From: Chrysomallon squamiferum
Taxonomy: Eukaryota > Animalia > Mollusca
Length of the DNA stretch: 64,000 nt
Assembly (NCBI GenBank): GCA_012295275.1
Contig: CM022669.1
Location: 11,160,001 to 11,224,000, forward strand
Direction: 5' to 3'
Shown here: positions 40,501-55,215 of the stretch, piece after piece
Position numbering within the stretch: position 1 is the stretch's first letter
Layout of the letters: the number at the start of each line of letters is the position of its first letter
Position numbers and translations under genes: made by a program
Notes under the pieces: generated by a model
The model's input: only the letters and a program-made list of their open reading frames with translations
What the model was told of the DNA's origin: nothing
The model's database searches: none

Positions 40501-43500
40501 TGTTTGTCTAAAATTACACAGTGCCTCATTATTAAAACAAATATTAAACAATGGTGAAGCATTCATTGTGTTGGATAATGACTCGTATTCATGAAAATAT
40601 GTTAAAAACTTAAAATAACAATATTCATTTATGATTTATTTCTAAACATAATTGTTTCTTTTGTTTCCTTTAAATAATCTTAACCAACCTTAATTAAGAA
40701 AGCCAAATTGAAACTAATTAAAACTGATTTGTGTGGCAGCACAGGATAACTAGTCACATGGTGAAAATTATCAAAACTCAGGTCTTGATGGAATAAGACA
40801 AACCACCTTCTACAGATCAGTGATGTGCAATACATGTGATTTTAGATGAATCTTGGAAAAATAAGTGCATAGTTTTAGCATAATTTCATTAATTAAGATT
40901 TTGACACAAAACCATAAAGGACATGTTTTATTGACTGATTTGAGCCAAAAAAATGCATAGACATGAAAGTCGAGATGTTTTCAAAACTATTTATGGTGAA
41001 GAGAAATGATCTGTTGATGCATTGGACTGCATTAATAGGCTGTGACTCAAAATTACTTTGCACAACATCTGACTGGTTGTCCTACATCGCCACACATTTA
41101 TATTAGCCTATGAAAATATGAGGTCATTATTAAGTAAGAAATTATGAACTGTGTCTGTACAATGTAGATTTTATATTTTCTAGTGCAAATTCATATACTT
41201 AGAAACATTTGTTTAATAATTACCCAAACAACAAATATTTTTTATTTTATTTTATAAATTTGTAAAGGACTGTCATTTTTCAAATTACTTATAAGAAAAA
41301 GAAACAAATCTGTCTACTGACTTCAATGTTAATAATTTAATATGGCTTCCTTAAAGATTTCAAGGCTTCAGTATTTATTCTGCAGTATTAGATAGCAAAA
41401 TGTCATTTCCCTTTTATCTACAGTTATGGAATTTTAGATAAAAAATTTGACATTTTGAACTTGTAGATCTATGCATAATTATTTCTTTTCCGTATTCTGA
41501 CCTAATATTAGTTTGACAAGTTCCAGTACACTGGGTCATGAATATGAAGCTATTTATATGACTGTAACATCCACATACATACATATATAACAGTGATCAA
41601 TGAAATTCTAAGACAGTCATTTTCCAATAAAAATTTATATTTTATATCAATATCCGTATAATGAGAAGTAACTTGTGACTTTAAATATATCTGAAAAAGA
41701 ATATTTGTCAGTACCTACATACACATGTTCATGTTATTGAAAGGAACTGAATTCAAAGATCAACTCAGTATTGTATAAAATCATATTCATACAGTGAAAT
41801 CTAAGATGTACCTTGGTCACATATAAAAATAACAGTTATGGCAATATCCATTTCCTGTGTTCATCTGATACAAAGGAATTGAAATTAAAGACCAAATCTG
41901 TATTGTAAGATACCATCTTTTATGGCAACATCCGTATAGTGAGACTTAAATTATGACCTTAGTCACATATAAGAAGAATATTTATTTATGGTAATATCAA
42001 CATACTGTCTTCATGTCATGGTAATTGAATTCAAAGATCAGTTCAGTACAGTAGGAAGTTATCATTTACAGCAATATCCAAAGAGTGGCTTCTAAGTTGT
42101 ACATAACCTTATACAGATGTCTAAAACATGTTGAATTGTTGTTTTTGGTGGGTGTTTTTAACAACTTCATCATATATAATTATGTTCGTGTAATACCAAG
42201 GAATGGAATTCAAAGATCAAATCGATATTGTATGAAATTATAATTTACTGCAATATCCATATAATGAAAACAAAGTTATAACATTAGTCAGATATGTAAA
42301 GAATATTTATGTCAGTATTCCCATACACGTGTTCATAAAACAGTAAGGAATGAATTCGATACTGTATGAAATTACATTTTATGGCACTGCCCGCAATTAT
42401 AGTGAGTACTAAATTATGACATCAGTGACACATATGAAAGATATTTATTTTATTGCAGTATTTGATATGTATCCATCTAATGATAAAGAATTAAATTCAC
42501 TGCAGTATGAAATTACATTTTATGGCATTGTCCATATAATGAGTAGTAAGTTATGACTTAAGTTACATTAGTCAGATACAAGTATAAGAAAGATATTTAT
42601 TTTATGGTAATATCTACATACATGTTCATATAATGATAAAGAATTGAATTCAGTGCAGTATGAAATTATAGTTTACAATATTGTCCATTCAGTGGGTACT
42701 AAGTTATGACCATATTCACATATATGAAAAATACTTTTTTTTTTGTAATATCCACATACTGTTTTCATGTAATTGTAAGGAATGGAATTCAAAGATCGAT
42801 ACTGTATGAAATTATAATTTACAGCAGCATTCATACAGTGAGAACGAAGTTATGAATTTGGTGTAACAGCAATAAGAATAAATTTATATTTAACTGTGAT
42901 AAATTATGATTCATCTTGTGCATTGAGCAAGACATTGATTTATAACTTCTCTTAACTAAGCTTCTGTTATACAGATAAAATGACAATTACTGTGAATAGA
43001 TGTACAGATTTAGTAGTCATTAATAAAGATCTAGTTGTGGAAAATGAAAACAAGTAGTGTAATTAGGGTTTCATATGATGTATCATTCATAATTGACACT
43101 TACAGTCACTTCATCATAGTCATAGAGGATATTTTAGATTTTAATACTACTTGTCTTTTTTTTTTTAATTTTAATTTTTTTATTATTAATTTGTTTTATT
43201 ATTTTTTTTTTTTTCTTACCTTTTTTCTAAGATATTAATGAAGTGAGATAATTTTTTTCCCAAGAGATTTACTTCATATTATCATCATCATTATCATTAA
43301 TATCACTATCATCATCATTGTCATCATCTTCATTATCACATTATCATGTTTTCTTAACTAACATATCAATCATCATTATCATACCTTATCAAGTCTTTGA
43401 TACAATTCAGGCACACACTAACATGTAGCAAAATACTGTTACATATAAATGGAAAATATTTTCAGATGTTAAATAATGAAATGTATGATATATACTTTTC

Positions 43501-44424
43501 TTTCTTATAAATATAACATAACTATGGCATGATAGCTATGTCTGGATATGAATAATATAGTGTTTTCTCAAAGAACCATATTATTAATTGATTTCTACAC
43601 AGACTTATGTCTACACAAAAAGACAAAAACGACTGAAATGTATAGCAACCATAAACATACATACATTCAAACACACACTCACTGAACAAATAAATACGAA
43701 TACACACTTTGAGTCATATTCAAACAAACTGTCCACAAAAAAACAAAAACAAAAAAGCTCACATTTTTCATTATTTATTTCAAAAACCTTTTTGTTTTCT
43801 TATTCCATTAATATCCATTTTTTAATCCTGCTTTGTTTTTCTCTTCTTTTATCGATGGACAGTTTAACATGACATTTCAAATTTTCCACTAATCATTACA
43901 ATTGCCGAGAAGTTAATGCCTTTAAGCTACCTGCTCATTCAGTATTAGTCTGTCAGGTTTAGCTCATCTTGTCACTTGGAGGCGATCTGAGAATGCACCC
44001 TACTGTTAAACTAGATTATCTCAGTCTATGGGAATTGCATAACTGATATTCTCCTGTGTTCACTGCTGCAGTGTTCATAGCTTATTTAATAAAAGTTTCT
44101 CTCTGTTTAGAAGGATTATTAAGTAATTAGCTAATTCAGTATGGTTAATATGATTTATCTTTTAATCATCTGGTATCTTGTCTTTGACAGATCTCTCTGG
44201 TGAACTTAAATGTTTTGCCCATGACATAGTGCTTGTATTTTTTTTTTTTTTTTTTTTTTTTTATATTGATGGAAGTATGCTAAGAATTATTTCCATGTGT
44301 TTAGATTAAAACATAATTATTTATTAAATTTATAGTTTCTTTTTATTTTCTTATATATATGTTATTATTATTATTATTATTTTATATATATTTTTTTAAA
44401 TATAACTTTATTCATTCTTTATTT

Positions 44425-44462
<38 letters not shown>

Positions 44463-47400
44463 GTGTTGATTACAGGTACACACTATCTTTAGGCTGGAAC
44501 TCTAAGTTTCCAAACAATATATCTCACAACCTTTAGGCATATAGCTGGCATTGTTTGGCAACCTCTTGTTACAAAGATCTAAACTTCAGATTTCACATTT
44601 TAACCTATGTCTGGAACTGCTGGTATAAATAGTGAAACAAAAATAATCTAAAGTGTATGTCTCTTAGACAGAAATTGAAGCTATTTTAATGATTATCAAA
44701 GATCTTTCTACTTTTGTAATTTTAAATATATTTTTATTTATTTAATATTACCAATTAAAAAAAAAAAAAAAAACAACAACAGTGATTTTCTGCCTGTTTT
44801 TAAGCAAACATTAGAATATTATTTTATTATTAAACAGATATGTGTGCATATGTGTGTGTAGAGGGTGCATGTGTGTGGGGGGTACATGTGTGTAGGGGGG
44901 TGCATGTGTGTGTATTCCAATCAAATGTTTTATTCCTCCTTGACACTTAGCTGAAAACAAAATCCATCTAATTTCACAATTATACAAAATATGTTGGAAC
45001 CATAACAGTTGTTATATTTTATTTCAAAAATAATTTCATTGTAGTTGTCACAAATTATGATGGCAAAGTATTTTGTTGCATGTATAAAAGCCATTAATGT
45101 TTTGGATTTTACTGTCCTTGTTTCAGTTCTGACAATAAAAGCAATAATATTTTGCTATGTTATATCACCGCTGACAGGAAAGGTAATAAAACAGAATAGG
45201 TGCACAACAGTTGTGTCAATTATTAATATTGTTGTCATCACTGATATTGATGAAATAATAACTGTTATAATCTTCATTATCTTTATTTTCATTGCCATTA
45301 TCATTATCATTATTCATCAGCTTCATCATTATCGGATTATTATTATCATTTCGGTTATGTGAAAAAAAAAATGTAATAAACATACATAATTATGTTTAAA
45401 TCTTTGCTTTTTTTTATTTTTTTTTTTGGTTGTTATTATTATTATTATTATTTTTTTTTTTTTTTTTTTTTTAAAGTTTCAGAAATGGAAGGTATGCTAA
45501 CTGAAGAAATAATAAATCTACAAACTTCAATATCTATATTAAGGAAAAAAAAAAAAAAACTATTTCAATCCTATAAAAGTAAAAGATCATAAATTTAGGA
45601 TTCTAAATTTTAATCCTCAAGTAAAAAAAACACCCAACAATTCTATACATTTCTTTTCTTATTTTTTTTTATTTCTTAAAATTCTATTTGGGGAAGTTAA
45701 AATTTAAAACAAACTGGGATATATTTACGACTACAAAAACACATTAACCATGCCGTCTAAACCAGTGCATATGTATAGAAAGAATGATAAATTTATTACT
45801 TACCATTTACCCGTACAAGTATATGCTGTATCAGTTTATCTCGGCTGCTGATTTGACACTCGTAAATCCCTGCATCTTTTGGGTTTATATTCTTTATTAC
45901 CAAATTCCACTCATGTTCCTCTGGTACATGTTTAATGGAATATCGAGGATCGGGCACATAAATAAGGTTTCCAATAGATATTGGATTTGGATCTGAAGCT
46001 CTTCTCCATATAACCTGTTAAAATGAAAACATCAATCATCAATGTACATATTTTTTTTATACACAAATATGTCATACATGTGTGAATGTGTTCGATTGAA
46101 ACCTTAAGAGTTCAAAATCTTTCCATTCATGTACACAATCATTTAAAATATATAGACTTTTTTTTTCTTTTCTAAGATATATTTTTCATTTTGTAAAATG
46201 GTTTGAACAATAGATATTTTAGACCATTAATTTTCAGAAGTTTTTTTTTTCTTCTTTTGTGTGGTGATTTCAACTGTAGATATTATTGATTCTTTCAATT
46301 TTAATAAATCCTCCAGCCCATTCACAACTAAAATGTTATTTAAAAAGTTTATGACCTTTAATATTGGTTACAAATGAGTTCTGCATGTTCTGGAATTATA
46401 AAAGCAAAATAACCTGCTTGGCAATTTTGTTGATCATTTGGGTTAGTATATTCAGCCAACTTCAACATACACTTTATGTAAAGTGATAAAAACAAATAGG
46501 AGTTCATAAGTTTTTAGATTGTAGCTTAATTACTCACTATTTTTTAATATAACTTTTCATTAATCAAACAGGTAATTCAGCAGTAGGGTGATATTAGTTC
46601 AGGCCTTTTTCAATGATAGCAAATACAGAAAAAACAGAAGAGAGAGACAAAGAAGATATACATCTTCTGTATCTACCTATGCCAAAGTCTTTTTTTTTTT
46701 TTTTTTTTTTGTTATATAGTCATAGTTTTACTTTGAACTCTGAAAGTACACATCTATATTTTTCTGTCAGATCAGAACACAAAACTATCTCATTATGAAT
46801 TATTATAAAACAAATTTGAACATTTGAACACTTTTAAATTACAAACTACATTTCTATCTGAAACAAGAACTTAATGTTTCTGTTAAAATGTAGAAATATT
46901 TCTGTTGACCATACAATTTATTTGATTATTACTGGTTATTGTTTTATGACAATCTAAAAGAGGTAACCAATTTCAGCCACTCACAATGTCATATTTATTA
47001 ATTAGTAAAGGATCTTTTGTAAGCATCATGCCATAGACAAGAAAACATACACCTCATTATCGAGTAAATGAGATATAATTTGAATGGCAAATATCCCAAA
47101 GGATGCTTTGAGGGGAGGATTGATCTTGTGATGTATTGTAACATCTAAACTATAATAGTTTCATTGTTGAATTCTTTAGCAGAAGGATTCTGCAATGATA
47201 CTACAACTCTTTGTACTAAATGATAATCATCTCTGAAAGAAACATCCATGAATAGGACACAAGCATTCTAGCAATGATGAATTGGCCATTTTTTGTGTGT
47301 CAAGACAGAACAGGCTCAAATTTATACTCCTCCTTTGTGAACTTAATTTCATTGGTCATAAAAATTATTTTGCTTGTAGGTACTTGTGAAGAGTCTGGCA

Positions 47401-49078
47401 TTAAACCATTCTTCTGGACAGAGTAATGTGTCTGTATTTTCAGACAGTCCAAGCATTTAACCCACAATGTCTCCTAGCCATTCTCCCTTCACACTACACT
47501 AAACTTAATTTAGTCTAACTGTCTGGAATAAAACAAGATTAGTGGTCACCAAATCCGATGATACTGACCAGTTTATGCTACACAAACAACAATTTGTCAT
47601 TATAAAATATTGCATCTACAGAACTGCCTTGGTGGGTGCGAATCCTGAAGAAGTCAGATTTTGTTATATATATACCTAGAAATTTAATAGAGCCACTTTT
47701 TTTAGAATCTGAGCTTATCTGGTGAAATCTGGTCCAACAGTTTATGTGGTAATAAATAACAGTGTAAATGTCTCTCAGAAAATCTAGATTTGTCACTCAG
47801 TTTGTTAATTCAGACTTGATGTTTGTGAGGGTGGTTGCTAAGCTGTAATTTACTTGGAAGCTTCATGAATAAATATATCAAGTTATACGTCTAACTTTGT
47901 TTTCCAATCTAAGTGCAGAATTTTTTTTTTTTTTTTTTTTTTAAATATTTTTGGTTCAGCTTTAAGTTTAACATTATTTTTATTTGAATTTTCTTACATC
48001 TCTGAGAATAATAATCAACATTTGAATGTTAGTTATAATTCAGGAAAAAACTAATTTTTATAACAATGTAATCCATATATCTCAATTTACTCAATAAATG
48101 CAAAAGTGGCAAACTTAACTTAAACTTTAAATAATTAAATAAAGTAAAATCAATGATAAAATGTATTGTTAACCTAGATCTAAAAATAATAAAACATACA
48201 AATGTACATTATATATGACACAACATATATAAAATGGATGTTGGTGTCATTTAACAAATATCCATTCATTCATTATAAAATAATTCAGCTCATATAAATA
48301 TAAGGGATTACCATTCAAATAATTTTGAGACTGGGATGACATCATCATAGCAAAATAAAACAAAGACACCACAGGAAAAAAAGTATTGATTTACTTCATA
48401 AATTTTATTCATATTCATTAGATGATGGGAAAATAGTAAACGCATGCAATAGTTACAGAGCTATCTACACTGCTGTTGACATGTTGATTCAATTGGAATA
48501 AAGTGGCAGATGGGGAGTGAATAGCATCATCATCACCTGATCACCCCAGAGACCATAATGATTGTCCCTGGCCTAATCAGTGCTTCATTATTAATCAGCA
48601 AAATTGAGAAGGTTACAATTTTTTTATCGGCTGTCAGATATTGTAACAGTTAAGAAAAGCACATTTAACAAGCTTGTGTTGACTCTTTCATAAGAATCAT
48701 TAAAAATGGATTATCAATACTCTGGCAGTTCTTGTTTTACAGAAAGTAATTGTTGTATAGTATGGAATGTTGATCCCATATTATTTGACCTTAAAAGATC
48801 ATAATACATATGAAAAGACTTTAACTGTATGTCTTTGTGTGTCTCAGACTTGTACAGCACTAAATGTTGAACACACTATTTGATCTTAAAAAGACTGTAA
48901 TATATATGTGAACATATTGACTCTATGTCTCTGAGTTTCTGTGCGTATGTGTGTGTGAGGTTATTTTTCAGAAAATATAAGTGAATATCAAATATTTCTT
49001 TACACTGCACTATGTGATATAAGCTTAAAAGGATATATTGTTCAATAAAAAAGAAACTATTTTCATTTATGTGATATG

Positions 49079-49113
<35 letters not shown>

Positions 49114-50318
49114 ATGTGTGTTGTGTCGTGTTTTAATTTACCAACAATTAAAGTTTTTAGTGCATATGGAGGTAAATAATCTATAGTTTTAATATCACTA
49201 ATTTTATTTTCATAAGAATATAGATCTGTCTTTAGTTCATACACAAACAGGCAATTGGTAGAGCCAGTATGACTGGTTTTGCTTTCCTAAGACTGATGCC
49301 ATAACAAGCAGTAAACTCAGAGACCTTATTTATTTGGACGATATCAGCTTCTGAGTTTGTCACATATTTGCCAAGTGATCTCTGTAGATTTTAGTAAATA
49401 AGGAAAAGAAAGCAGAACTAATTTGATATGTACCTCTTTCTAGCTGATTAGCCAAACTATGGCAACTGTTTGGTTTGGTTGATTGCCTGGCTGTATGAAA
49501 GGTACTGGTGTAAATTAACACAAACTTGAGATCAAACTATCAGTCACATTTTGTCTTTTGGTATTATCGTCCCTTGAATATGGGCTTCAAGGATGAATAT
49601 TCTTATTAATCAAATGTAAATACATTGGATGACTTTTACCCTTATGAAAATAGATGTGTTAAAAATTGTGAGCTTATATAAAGTTTAAGATTTTAGTGTG
49701 TCAATACTATTGCAAGTTTGTAAGTATTTTAAGTTAATTTTGGATTCCCAGGTTTCAAATGTATATACATTGTTTGTTTTTATCCTTCTAAAAAGACATC
49801 CTAAAAATTGCAAACTTACATAACATTTAAATTTTTTTATATGTATATATATAATTTAAATTAGGACTGACAGGGTTCAAAATATTACTTTAACAGAATT
49901 TAAATATTTTAACATAATGTTACCCTTTATGAAAATTATGAACTTAGAGAAAATTTAAGATTTTTGTCTTGTAATTTGGTTGTGTTGGACTTTCATACAG
50001 TTAACATCCATAAGAAAAAGAACATATAATAATATCTTTTCCAGAAATTACAGTTAAAAAAAGTGGTTATAAGAGCAGTAAATGTATGAAAACTTCAATT
50101 CCAAACTATATTATTATTCAGATATTACATTGGTGTTTCTGTTTTTTCCATTCATGTTTTGCTTTCAGTTCTTTAATTAATAGTTCACTGAACCTACCTG
50201 GACTTTAGCTGCCTATGAATTAAATATGCCAGTTTAATTAGTAATGCATCATGTTTGATGACACGAGTGAGCTATTCAACGGATTATTACTGCCAGACAG
50301 ATAATAATGGGCTGTTTT

Positions 50319-50354
<36 letters not shown>

Positions 50355-50853
50355 CAGTTTTTCAGTTCTATGTCTCAACAAGATAATACATAATTTTCTT
50401 TTTCTAATTTTTTTTTTTTTTTTTCAAATACTTAAATAAATTTTATGTTTTCTGCAAGATGTGCACATTTTGAATACAAATTTGTCATCTTCATGTTTTC
50501 TAACTTAATTGAATTTTTTGCCAAGTCTTAGCTTTTGATTTAAATGTCTGCAAATGAGTAGTAAATTTCAAGTTTAGTGCAACGGGCCACAGCTTTTGTA
50601 ATCAATAAAAGATGCATTCCATCTCATTCATTGCTTTGTTGGTGGTGATATTTCAGTATAAAATAAGCAAATATAAACAGTCCTAATAGAAAAAAGAAAG
50701 CACTGTAAATATTATATACTAAATAGAAATAATTTTTAGCATTTGTGTTGTGCATATTAATATGCATATGTGTGCATGTGTTTATTTAATTTGTAAGTGT
50801 TGTTTGTTCATATGTTCTCTAATTATGTTCAGTCTTGGTGTCTGTGTTTGTAT

Positions 50854-50892
<39 letters not shown>

Positions 50893-53801
50893 TGTGTTTG
50901 TGTGTTTGTGTGTGTGTGTGTGTGTGTTTTGTTAATTCATACATTTATATTGGTTTGTCCTCAACCACACATTTTTTATGTAGGCTGTTCTCTATACCAG
51001 TGTATAATGTGAGAGTCTGAATCTCTGTGGGCATTTCATCCAAGGAATTTCTTTTTCTTTTTCTTGACAGTTATTATTTAATCATCTTTGGCTTTCTTCT
51101 CATTATAGCTGCCTTGCATGTGCAACATGTTCTTTTTCAGTTTGTTTCTGTCTGGACCGACCGCACTGCTCATTTGCTAAAGCACATTACAGCATGATAG
51201 CAGGCGACTCTAAATTACAGGAATCAATTCTCTGAAAATAGCATTGTCAATGATATGCTCCTGGCATGCACCAGTTCTGACAAATCTAGCTTCCATATTG
51301 CCAGTCTCGACGGTTTGAAACAAATGATTATCATTAAATTAAAGGCCTTTTATTGCACCAATTTCCACAGACTGGGTAAAGGTAATGTCACTGTGGGAAA
51401 ATTGGTTATTGCTTTGCCTTTTGCATTTAATGCAGAGCAGTCTGTAACAGGGCAAATGATTACAGCATTAACCGACTTAACTTTAATTCGGGTCCATAAG
51501 AATCCAAATGCATTTCTTTTTTTTTTTAAACCAGCTTCAATTTTGGTTTCTGACATGTTTATGCCATCTAATGTTTTTAGATAACCTAGTTTGGCTTGAA
51601 TAATCCTCACACTTTGAATTTTAAAAACTATTTCCAGAATATCCAATTTGTACTGGGTGCACTTGAAAGTCAAGGTAAAAAGACAGATGCCTGGTAGTTC
51701 ATTGAAAATTCACTGAATTATTCATCAATTTATTCATCAATGCCGTGATATTACTTACTATTTTTAGACTATGTGAATTAACATACACCAAACTATATAT
51801 ATTGTTTGGTTTTTTTGTTGTTTTTTCACCTGAGTTTATGAATCTCTGTATATTTGTCTGTATTTATGAATAGATTACTGACCTATAAAATCCTTGACAT
51901 TATAATGACATTTCTATATTTGTTTTTGTATTTAACAGTGTGGATCTTGTTTGTATTTGTGTTAGAAATAACTGCTAGGTTTTTAAATATATTCTGTGTA
52001 TTTTTATTTATTTATTAGAATGCACTTGGGTTTTTGATTATTGTCTTTTTTAATAAACTGCTTGGGGTTTATTAGATACATTTAAATTGTTAAAAAAAAA
52101 TTAACGATGATTTTGACTTTCCAGTACCAGTAGTGACCGTTATAGCACTCACAGTACACTGGAGTTATAACAGAATTTTCAAGAGTATTATGACACATTT
52201 TGATTCGTCCAGCACAATATCATCTATTTCTTCCCCAGTTCAAATGCTTGCTATTAAATGAAGATATTCACCAGAGGTAGTAAAGAAGTTAAAAAACAAC
52301 TAGTTTGAGAGCAAATAACAGAACTCCTCTGTCAGACAGCAGAAGTTGTTTTTATGTTATCAAATGTAAATTCAATAACATTTTTATATTTTTTTATATT
52401 ATTATTTTTTTTTTTTTTTTTTTAAATTTCATTTTTTTATTACATTTTAAATTTATGGCCAGTTTAATGAAACTTAATGAAATGAAACTCAATAGAACTT
52501 TTGAATAGAGTTGGATTTTATTTTTTTTTTTTAAATTTTATTATCATTATTATTTTAATTTTATTTATTTAATGGGTTTTTCTAAAAATAAAACTCAATA
52601 AAATTATACTCAAAAGACCTATTTCCTTTCTGAGTAAAGTCAGAATTTTTAATTTTTTATTTAAAAACTTTTTTTTTTTTTTTTTTTTTTTAAAAGGCGT
52701 AACCAGATAATTTCATCAACATTTTATACCGATGTTATCTCAACAGTCTCATTTGTTGGAGGTGTTTAGTCATGCAAGAAAGCAATGTTCGTTTTCAACA
52801 TGGTGTACTTTGCAGGTCCCATGAGACGCCCGTTGACAAACCTGCTGAAATAATGCAGCAAATTGAAACTTTTTTTTACATCAGGCTGATTTTACTTTCA
52901 AAGTATCTGTTACATTTCAGAGAAGAAACCACAACCTGGCAGCCACAATTTTCCAGCTGACAGAAGTTCTATAAATTTTTCAAAGTTTTTTTTGTTTTGA
53001 TGGAATCAGATGTGGCTCACTGGTTAGAACATACATGTGAGACATGGTAGTTTGGAAGATCAATACTCCACGCTACATTCTTTGGACTTTTCCCATTCTA
53101 GCTAGTGTAAACTACTAGTGTTTTCCTGACTAAAAGAAGGTGCATATAAAAAATGCCTTACTGCTAAACAAACATAAAAAAGAATAAGACAATGTTTTAT
53201 GAATGCATGTTTCCCCTCTCATGGTCTTTAACAATATATATGATACCATAATAATTATAGATTAAACAATTTACTGAAGGTGCTGTTAAGTAGTGTCTTC
53301 CTTCATTTTGTTTTCTTCTATTTCTTGTTGTTGTTGTTGTTGTTGTTCAGAATTAATAAACCATCATATCATCATCATGAATAAATAGCTCAGATAAAGT
53401 GGACTGAAATGTACTTGACACTACTGACCAGCACATACACCAGCTAAACAGATATATATGAATGTGTAAGTGGACACCTATCTAGATATTAAAGTAATAT
53501 TATATTAATAAACGATTCACAAGTATTACAACTTCTGGCTTATCAGTTTTATTTACAAAGACCATTTTAAAAAACAGTTCTCTTAGAGCTGGTCTTCTGT
53601 ATGTTTTTGAGAGTACACGTCCAAATTGGTGATATTTGTATATGTATAAAAAGGCATCATATGTATTGTTCTGTCTGTGATAAAGATTAAAGTAGCTTGC
53701 TGGTGATGGAAAAATATAACTGGTTTTCTTTGAAAACTATAATTCCATTATTACCAAATGTCTGATAGCCACAAGAATTAATCAGTTTTCTTATGTCAGT
53801 T

Positions 53802-53840
<39 letters not shown>

Positions 53841-54272
53841 TACACACACACACACACACGCACACACACACACACGCAAATATGTAATACAAAATAGACA
53901 ATGAAAAGATATAAAATATGTAATGAACAGATATAAATTAATGTACATCAAAAACTGGTTTTCTGGAAACGGTAAATGGTCTAATTACTGTGTATGTTGG
54001 CCAACTTCAGGTGTGTTAAATATGGATGTAAAGTGGCAATATTATGCATATACACACACATATACACACACACACACACAAACACACATAATTATAAACA
54101 GTCAATGATCTATAAAAAGACACAAAAAAACATATTTTATTACTTACTGTTTTTGTTCCCAGATGTTCCACTGAACAGTATATGATGGCAGTATCACCCC
54201 GATGGAATGTCATGTTTGTTGGTCGAAGATTAAAGTAAGGGATTCTGCTGCCATCATTGGCGAGGTCATATG
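37450..54272 (-). CDS. Dpr/ZIG-8 (zwei Ig)-like 2-Ig membrane-anchored protein (spliced, 5'-incomplete): complement(join(37450..37592,38116..38136,38536..38826,39250..39273,40190..40234,45804..46014,54148..54272))
   Basis: All introns are GT-AG and phase-compatible, giving about 286 codons plus stop. Ig1 reads PYF...TNMTFHRGDTAIIYCSVEHLGTKTVIWRR...ISIGNLIYVPDPR...EWNLVIKN...DAGIYECQISS, resembling Dpr Ig1. Ig2 reads IFVSGTKFVEKGDPIHVVCN...WFKDG...DAGTYVC..KVHVLN, resembling Dpr Ig2. Confidence 0.9.
38116..38136 (-). CDS. Dpr-like 21-nt microexon (AGTQNVK + first base of R)
   Basis: gtttttaattacAG acceptor and perfect GTaagt donor. Phase 1-1. Confidence 0.82.
38536..38826 (-). CDS. Dpr-like Ig2 exon (AIFVSGTKFVEKGDPIHVVCNASG...DAGTYVCRSSNSDITSIKVHVLN)
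   Basis: gttttcAG acceptor and GTgagt donor. Length 291 nt. Matches ORF 38495..38836. Confidence 0.95.
39250..39273 (-). CDS. Dpr-like 24-nt linker microexon (DLNPKAKP)
   Basis: tttttatttttcAG acceptor and ccagGTatga donor. Symmetric phase 1-1. Supplies the Pro expected just before Ig2. Confidence 0.8.
40190..40234 (-). CDS. Dpr-like 45-nt linker microexon (ATARPERINYENLEK)
   Basis: ttttattttgctgccAG acceptor and aaagGTagac donor. Symmetric phase 1-1 with an open frame. Confidence 0.6.
41530..42860 (+). repeat. Old diverged tandem repeat, unit roughly 130-180 bp, ~8-9 copies
   Basis: The motif AAGGAAT(T/G)GAATTCAAAGATC...GTATGAAATTA...CAATATCCAT...AAGTTATGAC recurs. Confidence 0.8.
45804..46014 (-). 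CDS. Dpr-like exon 2, C-half of Ig1 (VIWRRASDPNPISIGNLIYVPDPRYSIKHVPEEHEWNLVIKNINPKDAGIYECQISSRDKLIQHILVRVN)
   Basis: Absent from the ORF track on this strand and translated manually. ttttaacAG acceptor and GTaagt donor. Length 211 nt. Confidence 0.95.
46995..47135 (-). mobile_element. Reverse-oriented SINE remnant
   Basis: The reverse complement reads GATCAATCCTCCCC...TTCTTGTCTATGGCATGATGCTTACAAAAGATCCTTTACT, matching the 62.7-kb copy. Confidence 0.45.
53005..53305 (+). mobile_element. Degenerate tRNA-derived SINE
   Basis: It has an A-box-like GTGGCTCACTGGTTAGA and a decayed B-box, a body with GGTGCATATAAAAAATGCCTTACTGCTA, and a tail GGTGCTGTTAAGTA..TTCCTTC. It is similar to the element at ~62630. 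Confidence 0.5.
54148..54272 (-). CDS. Dpr-like exon 1 (first identified), N-half of Ig1 (xYDLANDGSRIPYFNLRPTNMTFHRGDTAIIYCSVEHLGTKT)
   Basis: Minus-strand tttttttAG acceptor (54273-74) and GTaagt donor (54147-42). Length 125 nt, phase 1 to 0. Confidence 0.92.
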
Positions 54273-55009
54273 CTAAAAAAAACAAAAAGGAACGAAAAAT
54301 AGGATAAAAAATCTGGTTGCAAATTAGTGAATTCATTAATTACATGTTTTTTTCACCAGAATGTAAAGGATAAAGCATTGAAACAGAATACAACTGAAAA
54401 TTAACAGATAATGTTTTTTTAAGAAGAATAACAAACTGTAACAAATTATGTATTTAAATGCTATTATAACAGACATCTGTAAAGACATCTGCTTATTGCA
54501 TATGGATATTTTTCACTTGAAACCTTAATGTATAAACCAGATATATCCAACATCTGGATCTTAAATTTGTTTTCTGTTTCTGGACTTCGTAACAGCACTT
54601 AAAAATTATGAATATTAAGGAAAATAAATGCATCCTGTAATGATAATATTAATTTTATTGACATTCAGAAAGAAATATATAATTTTTAGAAACATTTTGT
54701 AAATTAACACAGACAAAACAGTAATACAGTTTCATCAGAAAAATATCAGAATCCAATTATATTCAGACATGAAAAAGGACACTGTAATTTGAAAAGTTTT
54801 AATATGCTAGTCAGAGCCAACTCTTTCAGAGAATTTTCATCTGTCTCAAAGAGTCCATGGAAATAGCATGTCTACCAAGTTTAAAATTAAAAATAATATA
54901 TTAGAGAGAACAAGAATCATTATCACTAATCTTACACCTCAGATGATTATGTGGGTCTGCTCTCAGACCAAATATAAGCCTTAAGGGTAATGTGTTAATC
55001 ACTTTAACA

Positions 55010-55215
55010 TCAAGACTGGTCATTTTACTAATCTAGGACTGTCATCAAATTTTACTTGAGCTGAAACTGGTCATTATTAATACTGGACTAGTCATTTCAT
55101 TGACCATAGTCTGGTCATTTTACTAATCTATGACTAGCAATTTTGCTGGTCTTAGACTGGTCATTTTGTTGTTTGTGGCTGGCAAATTTGCTGACATCAG
55201 ACTGGACGTTTTTGG
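55010..55215 (+). repeat. ~21-bp degenerate minisatellite (GACTGGTCATTTTACTAATCT)
   Basis: Directly visible in the sequence. Confidence 0.75.

Noticed and set aside
43214-43232. Minus-strand AG..GTAAG mini-exon candidate within the Dpr-like intron
   Set aside because: It is only about 7 nt, would shift the frame, and lies in low-complexity sequence.
44476-44625. Plus-strand exon candidate after a long poly-T and TTACAG, for the hypothetical host gene
   Set aside because: Stop codons occur in all three frames.
51255-51673. Overlapping 107-109 aa ORFs on both strands
   Set aside because: They have no recognisable domain or fitting splice sites and are probably chance intronic ORFs.
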